Positions 1 to 8,700 of a DNA stretch of 33,887 nucleotides are shown piece after piece. The notes under the pieces are model-generated. The model was not told where the DNA came from and searched no databases. It worked only from the letters and a program-made list of their open reading frames with translations. The stretch comes from Candidatus Heimdallarchaeota archaeon (GTDB lineage: Archaea > Asgardarchaeota > Heimdallarchaeia > Hodarchaeales > Hodarchaeaceae). The position numbers were made by a program, and so were the translations under genes. Every line of letters begins with the position of its first letter. Positions within the stretch are counted from its first letter, which is position 1. The stretch is taken from positions 1 to 33,887 of the forward strand of contig DXJL01000160.1 in NCBI GenBank assembly GCA_019057635.1, written 5' to 3'.

Positions 1-341
1 ACTGTCCTTTGGCTATTTATACCCCATTAGCTATCGAAACTGACCACTTTGAGAAGGATCCCAGTGATTTTCTCCCTTATCTTTTGCGTCGACGTGTCCT
101 TCAAGACAGACTCAAAGCGGCCAATCTGTGGAAAGATGAGTTTACAAAATCTACATGGTTAGATTTCTCAAGGAAAGCTCAGAAAATTATCATGGATAGC
201 TTGAATGAGCTAATAATTACTGATGCCAACTTGGATAAGAAATTAATGAAGTTGAAATCTCACAATGTGAAATTATTGGTTGGTTATCCAGCAATTTCCT
301 CGATAAGGAACCATCAGATTGAAAGGTTCAAAATTAGCTGA
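1..341 (+). CDS. C-terminal fragment of a hypothetical protein (5' end probably outside the window)
   Basis: Frame is open from the window edge to TGA at 339-341; no recognisable motif. Confidence 0.55.
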   Translation, partial: CPLAIYTPLAIETDHFEKDPSDFLPYLLRRRVLQDRLKAANLWKDEFTKSTWLDFSRKAQKIIMDSLNELIITDANLDKKLMKLKSHNVKLLVGYPAISSIRNHQIERFKIS

Positions 342-367
342 AAAAAAGAAAAAATGTAAAGAGGGGA

Positions 368-1477
368 TTAAATTAACCATTTTCCCTCTTTATAGATCAT
401 TTCTCCGTCAAGGAGAATTTTGGATTCTGGAGATTTCATATCCTTAAGTATATCCCAATGAATAGATGATTCATTCTTTGAGCCTGTTTCTGGATAGCCT
501 GCCCCTAATGCAAGATGAACAGTTCCACCCATTTTTTCATCAAAGAGCATATTCTTTGTAAATCGCTGGATACCATAATTGGTTCCAACAGCAAGCTCTC
601 CTAAAATATTAGCATTGGGAATTGTGGTGACAATCTTCTTTAGTAAATCCTTCCCTTTATCTGCATCGAAGTCGACAACTTTTCCATCTTTGAAGGTTAA
701 ACGAATATCTTCAATTTCCTGTCCAGAAAAAATACCTGGATAGGTAAATCGAATAGTGCCATTAACTGCATCTTCAATAGGGGCTGTGAAGACCTCACCA
801 TCAGGTAAATTTTCTTGACCACTACAATTTTCCCATGGACGTTGAGCTATTCCTAAGGTAAGGTCGGTATCCTCACCGATTATCCGCAAAGAAGAACCGT
901 TGTTTAATATATCGACAATGTGCTGTTGTTTTTTCTCGAAGTCCTGCCAAAACTTCACGGGATCGGGTTGATGAAGATTAAGTGCTTTATACGCAAATTC
1001 AAGATATTCTAATGGTCCCATATTCGCTTCTTGAGCGAAAGCATTACACGGAAATGGTGAAATATTCCACCTGAGCTCCTTTGTACTTGCTCGTTCAAGG
1101 AAAATTTTATTCATCTCTTTCCCTGCTTCAGCGACCATAACTTTCTTCTCAGGAGGGACACTTGTTAAATCCCTGGTATTAAAGGAAGCATAGATATTGA
1201 TGTATTTCTTTAGTGTCTTCACGATATCTAATTTAATAGGATTGATATATTTTAGTTGATTATCAGACGCAAACTTGAAAAATAATTCATCTTGACCATC
1301 AAAACTAAGATCTACTAAGATAACATGTCCTCCCGCTCGTAAAGTTTCGCGGTAAACAGTCTTTACCAAGGGTTCAGCGATCGTAGGTGCTTTTATAATA
1401 ACAGTGTCTTCAGGTTCAATTTTTACTGCATATTGAACAATTAATTTCGCAAGTTTTTCATTATAGTCAGAAAACAT
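368..1477 (-). CDS. Aminopeptidase, thermophilic metalloprotease family M29 (AmpS/AmpT-like)
   Basis: Motifs NLPDGEVFTAP, LGELAVGTN, LFDEKMGGTVHLALG, SSIHWD. ATG at 1477 is preceded by a GGAGGT SD (the track start at 1492 overlaps the SD). Confidence 0.93.
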   Translation of the reverse strand: MFSDYNEKLAKLIVQYAVKIEPEDTVIIKAPTIAEPLVKTVYRETLRAGGHVILVDLSFDGQDELFFKFASDNQLKYINPIKLDIVKTLKKYINIYASFNTRDLTSVPPEKKVMVAEAGKEMNKIFLERASTKELRWNISPFPCNAFAQEANMGPLEYLEFAYKALNLHQPDPVKFWQDFEKKQQHIVDILNNGSSLRIIGEDTDLTLGIAQRPWENCSGQENLPDGEVFTAPIEDAVNGTIRFTYPGIFSGQEIEDIRLTFKDGKVVDFDADKGKDLLKKIVTTIPNANILGELAVGTNYGIQRFTKNMLFDEKMGGTVHLALGAGYPETGSKNESSIHWDILKDMKSPESKILLDGEMIYKEGKWLI

Positions 1478-1582
1478 GAGTAAAACCTCCACTCAACGAA
1501 TATAACAAATTAGTTTTGAATATTCCCAATCTGACAGAACGAATTATCAAGTGAAAGTTTTTTGACAGATATCATATTTCAG

Positions 1583-1775
1583 TATGGTTTGAGATGAATT
1601 TGCCGTTCTGAAAGACTTACCCAAATAGGACAGCTAGGAATAAGTTGGAAAAATTATTCTTAACTATCTTTGGAGCTGTTCTTCCTGATTCAGCGACGCG
1701 AGCCAGCATTCATGCAGGTCTTACCGCCTCTCCACAGGCGTTTAAGGTCTCCGCGGAACTCTCGGCGACAGGAAA
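1583..1775 (-). ncRNA. Putative TnpB omegaRNA (reRNA) scaffold (~1775-1603) plus ~20 nt flank-derived guide (CAAAUUCAUCUCAAACCAUA)
   Basis: GC-rich island with AACGCCUGUGGAGA and UGAAUCAGGAA. Stems include CCGAG/CGCGG, GAGGCG/CGCGUC, GCAU/AUGC and a long GAUAGUUAAGAAUAA/UUAUUCCUAGCUGUC stem with G-U pairs on the - strand. AAGAC/GUCUU could form a pseudoknot. Confidence 0.62.
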
Positions 1776-2064
1776 GACCCATGACTTTCCTGATTGATTA
1801 GCAGCTTTTCTTCTTATAAACCTACTACGCCCTGGAATCTAAAACAAATTTGCTTGTTTCCCGTTATTCTGATATCAAGATGTTACCTAGCGCATCATTT
1901 TAGGTATAATCCCATGAGATCGGTTGAACACTCTGTTAATCATTTATCTTAATCTCTACTCCCTTCTCCTAAGATATCCTGTCGTCTATTTCTCTTCTTT
2001 CCGTAATGTCATCTTGTCCTATGTGTCTAGAAATGGCCATATCTGTCAATCTATCCGACAACAG
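1603..2064 (-). mobile_element. Internally deleted, non-autonomous IS607/IS200-IS605-superfamily element (left end, degraded tnpA 5' part, tnpB 3' tail/omegaRNA, right end)
   Basis: The - strand at 1769-1710 encodes VAESSAETLNACGEAVRPA*, a typical TnpB tail, followed by GTCGCTGAATCAGGAAG and a terminus TTTGGGTAAGTCTTTCAGAACGG ending in GG. The distal end has repeated GACA motifs after CTGTTG. Left boundary is uncertain (2064 or ~2071). Confidence 0.75.
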
Positions 2065-2105
2065 TATTGACCCCTATGTTGATAAAACATCACCAATATA
2101 GGTGA

Positions 2106-2996
2106 ATGACAATGGAAATCAATTCAGAATTTGTTTATACTTCGTTAAATGAGAGTTTGAAGGAGATAACTTGGCAGAATATCATGTTATACGCCACAGC
2201 GATATCTGATCATAATCCCTATTATCTAGATGACGAAAGAAATGAGGGAATTGTTGCTCATCCTATGTTTCCAGTGACATTGACCCTACCGATCGTAGAA
2301 AACTTGGGTGACTATATTAGTGAAGATTCAAAACAGGAATTTCCGTATGAAGTATTAATGACCGTTGTGCATTACTCAGAGCATCTACAAATTCATAGAC
2401 TTATCCGTCCAAACGATTTTTTGAGAATAACGGGTAGGATTGAAGCAATAATCCCTCATAGAGCTGGTACACACGTAATCTTAGGTTTTAGGGGATTTAA
2501 TAGACAAAATCAACCAGTTTTTACCGAATATATTGGCGGAATGTTACGAGGTGTGGAATGCATAGGAGGGGAGAAGGGAAGTGAAAATATTCCTGTTATT
2601 CCAGTTTTAGATTCTACTGACTCTGTTTTATGGGAATCAGACCTTTTTGTTAACCCATTGCAGGCCCATATCTATTATGGCTGTGTCGGGCCAACATTAC
2701 CATTTCATATCTCAAAAGAGATTGCCCATCAATTGGGGTTACCTAATATAATTTTACAAGGAGTTTGTACATTAGCTCTTACAGTGAGCAAAATAATTGG
2801 TGAGGAATTGGATGGTGATCCATCCCAAGTAACAGAAATAGCCTGTAAATTTACATCTATGGTTATCCCCGATTCTAGAATAAAAATTGTAGTAAACCAT
2901 CAAATAAAGAATAACGAGGGTTGTGAATATTTTTTTGAGGTGTACAACCAGAAAAATAGAAAGGCGATTCGCGAAGGATACATTAAAGCCAAGTAG
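2106..2996 (+). CDS. Tandem hotdog-fold MaoC/PaaZ-like (hydratase-2-like) protein
   Basis: N-half YATAISDHNPYY...HPMFPV...VVHYSEHL; C-half PFH...GLPNIILQGVCTL...FTSMVIP. Confidence 0.85.
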   Translation: MTMEINSEFVYTSLNESLKEITWQNIMLYATAISDHNPYYLDDERNEGIVAHPMFPVTLTLPIVENLGDYISEDSKQEFPYEVLMTVVHYSEHLQIHRLIRPNDFLRITGRIEAIIPHRAGTHVILGFRGFNRQNQPVFTEYIGGMLRGVECIGGEKGSENIPVIPVLDSTDSVLWESDLFVNPLQAHIYYGCVGPTLPFHISKEIAHQLGLPNIILQGVCTLALTVSKIIGEELDGDPSQVTEIACKFTSMVIPDSRIKIVVNHQIKNNEGCEYFFEVYNQKNRKAIREGYIKAK

Positions 2997-3000
2997 AAGA

Positions 3001-3390
3001 TTAACAATCACAATTAGAGTCTGATTTTTTGATCAGGATATACTGGTCATCCCCCTCAGGACAGCATTGTTGCACAAAGCCAATCATTTTACGCATCCGT
3101 CCAGTGACTTTTAACACCATAGATTTTCCATCCTCAGTTAAAGAGTACGTTCGAATGCGTTTATCACGATCATCTTTTTGAGTATCAGTGGTTTCTTGAA
3201 TGAACTCTGCTTTCTCTAATGATTGGATGATTTTGTAAGTAGCACCTGCGGATGGTGACCATTCTTCCCCTAAATCTTTTCTTACGCGCTTAACAATTTC
3301 TACTCCAGATAAATTTTGATTATGGAGAACTAGAAGAAATAAGGCTTCAGTAGGGGTTATTTCGAGATTTTTACCAAGAATGATTGACAA
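3001..3390 (-). CDS. PadR-family winged-helix regulator with Cys-rich C-terminus
   Basis: SGVEI...WSPSAGATYKIIQSLE...RTYSLTEDG; tail QQCCPE...NCDC; TTG start. Confidence 0.85.
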   Translation of the reverse strand: MSIILGKNLEITPTEALFLLVLHNQNLSGVEIVKRVRKDLGEEWSPSAGATYKIIQSLEKAEFIQETTDTQKDDRDKRIRTYSLTEDGKSMVLKVTGRMRKMIGFVQQCCPEGDDQYILIKKSDSNCDC

Positions 3391-3442
3391 TGTAAATAAC
3401 TTCCAAGTGATTGCCCCCTCGAAAATGTTTATAAGTGTAATC

Positions 3443-3484
3443 CATTAGGAATATTCCCAAGGAATATTTCTAATGAATATTCAT
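3443..3484. promoter_or_regulatory. Operator-like inverted repeat between padR and arsM
   Basis: CATTAGGAATATTCC-CAA-GGAATATTTCTAATG (15 bp arms, one mismatch, 3443-3475) plus overlapping ATGAATATTCAT (3473-3484), just downstream of TTTATAA at 3428-3434. Confidence 0.7.
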
Positions 3485-3514
3485 GTTTCAAAGAATAAAA
3501 GGAAACGAAGCAAG

Positions 3515-4480
3515 TTGACAGAACAAAAAGATGTAATACAAGAAAAATCAGCAGAACGGAGTTATCAATGTTGTGGATCAGAGTCAAAAAGGCAAGATAC
3601 CACTTCGACTGAATTTGATACGACAAAAGAGACCCAAATACGTAAAGATATACGAGAACAATATGGAAAGATTGCCTCAGGAGATTATGCGTCGTCTAAA
3701 GAACAGGAACTAGATAATACAAGTTGTTGTGGTGATCAAGAAAGTTATACTGATTATTCTAAAGAAGAACTGGAAAATATACCAGAAGGTGCAAATCTTG
3801 GATTAGGTTCGGGGAATCCTATTAGATTAGCTGACATTCAATTAGGAGAAACAGTCGTTGATCTTGGTTCAGGAGCGGGTATTGACTGTTTTCTAGCGGC
3901 AAAAATGACTGGAGAGACTGGTAAGGTAATTGGTATTGACATGACTTCCCAGATGATAGATAAAGCAAGAACTAATGCTGAAAGAGATGGATATCATAAT
4001 GTTGAATTTCGACTTGGTGAAATCGAACATATGCCGATTTCTGATAATTCTGTAGATCTTATTGTATCAAATTGTGTCATAAATTTATCTGTAGATAAAT
4101 CACAGGTATTTACTGAAGCATTTCGTATCTTAAAACCTGGTGGAAGAGTGGTTGTATCAGATATTATGCTTCAACACGAATTTCCTGATGCTGTCAAACG
4201 AGCCTTAGCTGATAGTCCAGGCTGTGTATCACGAGCATGGGTGACTGAGGAATACCTTGGAGCTATAAAAAACGCGGGTTTCGAAAATGTAGAGCTACTG
4301 GAATCACAACATATTAAACCTCAAAAAAGAGTAACAGAAGAACTTGACTCGGGAAATAAGAAACATATAGTTATGGTTTCTGGGAAAAAGATCGAAGTTG
4401 AGCTATCACCTGAAGAGGATGAGCGATTACAAAATACCGTGATGAAGGCACATGTACGCGCCTACAAACCACCTGCCTAA
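3515..4480 (+). CDS. arsM: Arsenite S-adenosylmethionine methyltransferase
   Basis: IREQYGKIA, SCC, ANLGLGSGNP, VVDLGSGAGID, IGIDMT, VSNCVINL, GCVS. Likely TTG start at 3515 (the track ATG at 3473 lies in the operator). Confidence 0.88.
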   Translation: MTEQKDVIQEKSAERSYQCCGSESKRQDTTSTEFDTTKETQIRKDIREQYGKIASGDYASSKEQELDNTSCCGDQESYTDYSKEELENIPEGANLGLGSGNPIRLADIQLGETVVDLGSGAGIDCFLAAKMTGETGKVIGIDMTSQMIDKARTNAERDGYHNVEFRLGEIEHMPISDNSVDLIVSNCVINLSVDKSQVFTEAFRILKPGGRVVVSDIMLQHEFPDAVKRALADSPGCVSRAWVTEEYLGAIKNAGFENVELLESQHIKPQKRVTEELDSGNKKHIVMVSGKKIEVELSPEEDERLQNTVMKAHVRAYKPPA

Positions 4481-4596
4481 CCTTTTTCTTACTTGGGTTT
4501 AGAGAGACCCAAGATCCCCTCAATTTTATTAAATTAATTAATTCTTCGTCTGAAAAACCGTAAAAATTCCCGATATAATGGCGAGATTGACTATTT

Positions 4597-5097
4597 TTAC
4601 ATGCCTAAGCTAATCAATGAATCCATAGTATTATCCCACGAAGTATTCACAGCTTCTGAATCAGGAGGATTCTCATTTGCATATCGAAGATAACCTACCT
4701 GTGCTAAATGGTGAATAGTGTGAAAAGATGTGTGCCAAATAACCCACGCTAATGTAGCTCCTTCTTTGGGATCTTTTGGAACAAGATCTGTATCCATTGA
4801 TTGTTTTACTAATTTTTTCAAGAATGATTGTAATGAAAGGTAAAGATCCAATAATTCAGTAGAATCTAGTGAAGGAAGTTGATCAAGAGTTTTAGGAGTT
4901 TTATGACCGATGAAATCCAACCAGTAAAGTTCTCCCTCAAGAATATGTCGAAAGATTTCTAGAATAGACTTTCCTTTCGTCTCCTTAGGAGTCCAATTAA
5001 GATCTTCTGAGGATAACCCCTCTGTTAATCGTTGTCCATAATCTCTCAATGTATCGATTATTGTAAGTAAGTTTTTTTGTCTTTCTTGTTGTTCCAT
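4597..5097 (-). CDS. DinB/YfiT-family four-helix-bundle protein (putative metal-dependent thiol transferase)
   Basis: SILEIFRHILEGELYW and HTSFHTIHHLAQV His pattern; start moved to MEQQ at 5097. Confidence 0.82.
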   Translation of the reverse strand: MEQQERQKNLLTIIDTLRDYGQRLTEGLSSEDLNWTPKETKGKSILEIFRHILEGELYWLDFIGHKTPKTLDQLPSLDSTELLDLYLSLQSFLKKLVKQSMDTDLVPKDPKEGATLAWVIWHTSFHTIHHLAQVGYLRYANENPPDSEAVNTSWDNTMDSLISLGM

Positions 5098-5311
5098 ATT
5101 AAATCTCTCTTTTTCAAAATTCATTTCAGATTGTATATTGTATACTAAAGCTATTAAGTAAAGGATTCTTAATCTGAAAGATATGATATTCGAATTTCTA
5201 TACTTATTTAACAAACGATTTTCATAACACTCATTCTTCTGAATATCGTCAAAAAGCACTTAATAGCGAACGGACTTAGTAAGTTATTTATACAACTAAA
5301 CAGAGGAATAG

Positions 5312-6241
5312 ATGTTGGTACTAGTAGCAGGAATCCAAATTGCTCCTGTGTTCTTAAACAGCAAGAAAACTTGGGCAAAATTATCAGAATACGTTAGAGA
5401 AGCTCATGATAAAGGAGCTAAATTAGTAACATGGGGGGAATCATTAATTCCAGGTTATCCGTTTTGGCTGGGTGCATCTGGCGCTGCAAAATGGGATAAT
5501 ACTGATCAGAAAAAAGCGTTTAGTACGTACTGGCAGGAAGCAATTGATTTATCTAATAGTATCATTCTTTCAGAAATGAAAAAATTAGCCCAAGAGTTGG
5601 AAATCATGATGATGGGTGGAATTACGGAAAAAATGAGTGGTTCTACGTACGCCACTCTAATTACGATTAATGAAAAGGGGGATTTGATCAATCGGCATCG
5701 GAAGTTGAAACCTACATACGCGGAAAGGCTGGTTTGGGCGGATGGGGACGGAGAGGGTCTGAAAACCGTCCCCTTTAGTGGTTATAATATAGGGGGTTTG
5801 AATTGCTGGGAAAATTGGATTCCTTATGCGCGTGCAGCACTCCATAAACAGAATGAAATGTTTCATGTAGCTGTATGGCCAGGTAATAATCATGTTACAC
5901 AAGATATTACCAAATTCATTGCAAAGGAGGGTCGATATTGGGTACTTTCTGTGTCAGGCATCATAAGAACTGAAGATTTCGCTGATCTTTCAGAAAACGA
6001 ATTTCCTATCAAAAAACTCTTAGATATAGAAAATAAGAAGGGGAAATTTTGGCAAAATGGAGGATCTTGCATTGCTGACCCAAAAGGAAATTTCGTCCAA
6101 AAACCACTGATTGAGAAAGAAGAGATCATTTATGCTGATATCGACTTCATGACAGTCATTGAAGAGCGGCAAAATTTTGATTATTCTGGTCATTACAGTC
6201 GTTTCGATATTTTCAATGAGCCCTTACGAAAACAATGCTAA
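5312..6241 (+). CDS. Carbon-nitrogen hydrolase (nitrilase branch)
   Basis: E-K-C triad in WGESLIPGYP, HRKLKPT, LNCWEN; C-terminal DYSGHYSR. Confidence 0.92.
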   Translation: MLVLVAGIQIAPVFLNSKKTWAKLSEYVREAHDKGAKLVTWGESLIPGYPFWLGASGAAKWDNTDQKKAFSTYWQEAIDLSNSIILSEMKKLAQELEIMMMGGITEKMSGSTYATLITINEKGDLINRHRKLKPTYAERLVWADGDGEGLKTVPFSGYNIGGLNCWENWIPYARAALHKQNEMFHVAVWPGNNHVTQDITKFIAKEGRYWVLSVSGIIRTEDFADLSENEFPIKKLLDIENKKGKFWQNGGSCIADPKGNFVQKPLIEKEEIIYADIDFMTVIEERQNFDYSGHYSRFDIFNEPLRKQC

Positions 6242-6397
6242 TGGGTAATGTCTGGAGAAGATAATTTCTTGAATGGACGAAATTATTTTGCTTTTTCATC
6301 TCATACAATTAATTGAGGACTATTTAAAAAATAAATGATTCTATTATTCCTAATCATAAGTTCCTATTAACTTCCTATTTGAAATGGTGTTGTAGAA

Positions 6398-8359
6398 ATG
6401 AAAAAAACGATTGTATTACCCATTATACTTTTACTGGGAGTATTCGGATTATTTTTTACTATTCCAATATCTCCTGCAACAGCTGCCCCAATAACTCATT
6501 ATTATGACGATTTTGAAGGTGGATTGTCAAATCTGTGGACTGTTTCAGGGGACTGGCATATAGAAGATAATACTACATCGAATTATCCAATTACTGACCC
6601 CTCCGTCACTATCCCAAGTGGTTCGCATTATATGTGGTTTGGAGATAATACAACTGGGACTTATAACAATGTAACGGGGTTTTTAACCTGGGGGCCATTA
6701 GACCTAAGTGCAATTACGGGTAAAGTTGAAGTTAGCTATTATGGCTGGTTGTATCATTGGAATGAGTATCTAGATGTTCAATACTCACCAAATGGTGTTG
6801 ATTGGTATTCTCCAGTTTCAGGTTGGTTTGTAGCTCACACTGTCCAATTTTCACAGCTTTCGTTTGAGATTCCCTACTATGCAAAAACAACTACTTTTTA
6901 TTTTCGCTTTAGATTTATTCAAAATACCCTATACAGTGAAAGCGAATTTGGGTGGAGAATCGATGATGTGGCAATCACAGAGACACCTGACTACTTCATT
7001 GACTTTCCAAAATTGGGAGCGCCTCGCGCGCTGGTTGGGGAAATAGTACAGCTTAGACATTCCGTACAACTTCACTTTTCTACTAGTCAAGTCACAGACA
7101 TACGTGTCACTATGACATCTCCTTCAGGAGCTCAAGAAATCATTCACGAGAGTACGGTGACACTTACAAGTGAAGAAACGTGGTTTTTGAATCAGAATTA
7201 CACTTTTACCGAGGAAGGCGATTATAACGTGACAGTGGAAGTGGTCGATGAGATGGGGAGTCATTTTTATGCCTCAGATATTTGGAAAGTTGGTCCCTAT
7301 GTGTTGCTGTATCTACTTGAGAGTGGTTATTTCGCAAATATTGGTGAAACTGGAGAAATGGGATTTATGATAGCTAGTTATTATGATGTAGATACCAATT
7401 TTAACATCACAATTACCGTTGTAACACCTTCAGGAGCGAATGTTACAATATATGAAGAAGCATCTAAAGTTGTTGCTTATGAGATATTTCACTTCGATGC
7501 GACATATACGTTTTTAGAAAACGGCTATCACATGATTTACATTATGGCTACAGATGAATTAGGAAGAGAATTCACTGAATATGGAGGAAGTTGGGACGTA
7601 GGCCCCTATTTTGCGACGTGGACTGAAAATATTGAACCATATGAAGAGAAATATGTAGGGGAAATATTGAACCTCAATGTCATTATTGAGGCTCGGACCT
7701 TTACCAATAACGAAATAAATCTACAAATCAAGATGATTGATCCAGACTACGTTGAAGAAATGTTATTGGAAGAGTTGAATGTTCCATTAAATCCTTCAGA
7801 GATCTGGAATCAAACATTGACATTTACTTGTGCAAAAGCAGGATTATATCAGCTTGATGTTCGGATAGAGAATTCCTCAAATACAGCAGAAGTGTGGTGG
7901 GGTGATCGTCTAGATTGGTTTGCAATTGAGGAACTAAAGATCTGGATTGATCAAGTAGACAGTTATTCCTTAATTGGAACAGAAGAAATGATGACCTTCA
8001 ACTTGATTAACCATTTTGGTTATACTTTGGTATTAGATATCGATATTAGTATTGAGACGCCAAGTAATGAAAAAACTGTCATACATGAGGACACGATAAC
8101 TCTTCAAATGGGTGAAGCATGGAGTACCACACTAAGCTATACATTTACGGAATTAGGACGGTACGATATACAATTTCAGGTAATTTACGGTACAGCAAAG
8201 GCATGGTTGGTAGAAAGTTGGTGGCGAATTCGAGATGAAGATTCGACCACAGATACCACACCATCGATCTCCTCTCCTGGGTACGAAACGATTGTCAGTT
8301 TTCTCACAATACTGGTGGCTACAATTAGTGTACGTTCATATAAAAGAAGAATGAAATGA
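6398..8359 (+). CDS. Secreted surface protein: beta-sandwich domain, ~4 Ig-like repeats, C-terminal PGY-TM-basic sorting tail
   Basis: Signal peptide; DDFEGG...GWRIDDVAI domain; repeats TPSG...YTF.E.G.Y; Thr/Ser linker; SSPGYE, TM helix, KRRMK. Confidence 0.8.
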   Translation: MKKTIVLPIILLLGVFGLFFTIPISPATAAPITHYYDDFEGGLSNLWTVSGDWHIEDNTTSNYPITDPSVTIPSGSHYMWFGDNTTGTYNNVTGFLTWGPLDLSAITGKVEVSYYGWLYHWNEYLDVQYSPNGVDWYSPVSGWFVAHTVQFSQLSFEIPYYAKTTTFYFRFRFIQNTLYSESEFGWRIDDVAITETPDYFIDFPKLGAPRALVGEIVQLRHSVQLHFSTSQVTDIRVTMTSPSGAQEIIHESTVTLTSEETWFLNQNYTFTEEGDYNVTVEVVDEMGSHFYASDIWKVGPYVLLYLLESGYFANIGETGEMGFMIASYYDVDTNFNITITVVTPSGANVTIYEEASKVVAYEIFHFDATYTFLENGYHMIYIMATDELGREFTEYGGSWDVGPYFATWTENIEPYEEKYVGEILNLNVIIEARTFTNNEINLQIKMIDPDYVEEMLLEELNVPLNPSEIWNQTLTFTCAKAGLYQLDVRIENSSNTAEVWWGDRLDWFAIEELKIWIDQVDSYSLIGTEEMMTFNLINHFGYTLVLDIDISIETPSNEKTVIHEDTITLQMGEAWSTTLSYTFTELGRYDIQFQVIYGTAKAWLVESWWRIRDEDSTTDTTPSISSPGYETIVSFLTILVATISVRSYKRRMK

Positions 8360-8700
8360 GAGAACCTCTCAAACTTTCACTTCTTTGTTTTTTCAAAATT
8401 TGTAGCATCACAGGATGTTACTTTTTGTATATCATTACTAACAAAATAAGCAATTAACATGTGTATTATTGTGCAATAATACTGTACATAAAGTTTAGCC
8501 AAAGATATGCAGTCTATTTAGAATATATCCTTACATACTAGATTTTATTTAGTAAATAGATCATTTTGTGTACACTCATTTTATATATCCTTACGTACTG
8601 TAATTACCTGACCTATAAAGGTCAACAAACAAGCTAGACATTTCTATAAGGAGTGTCTGCAGAATAATAAGAAAAAGAGATTAAGGATGGTTTAAAATAA

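Noticed and set aside
1672-1808. 5S rRNA, tRNA, tRNA-Sec or + strand riboswitch reading of the GC-rich island (GGAGCTG...CAGCTTT ends, TTCCTGATT direct repeat)
   Set aside because: There is no T-arm, no 7-nt anticodon loop and no 5S CCGAAC loop. The - strand TnpB tail and IS607-like end explain the region better.
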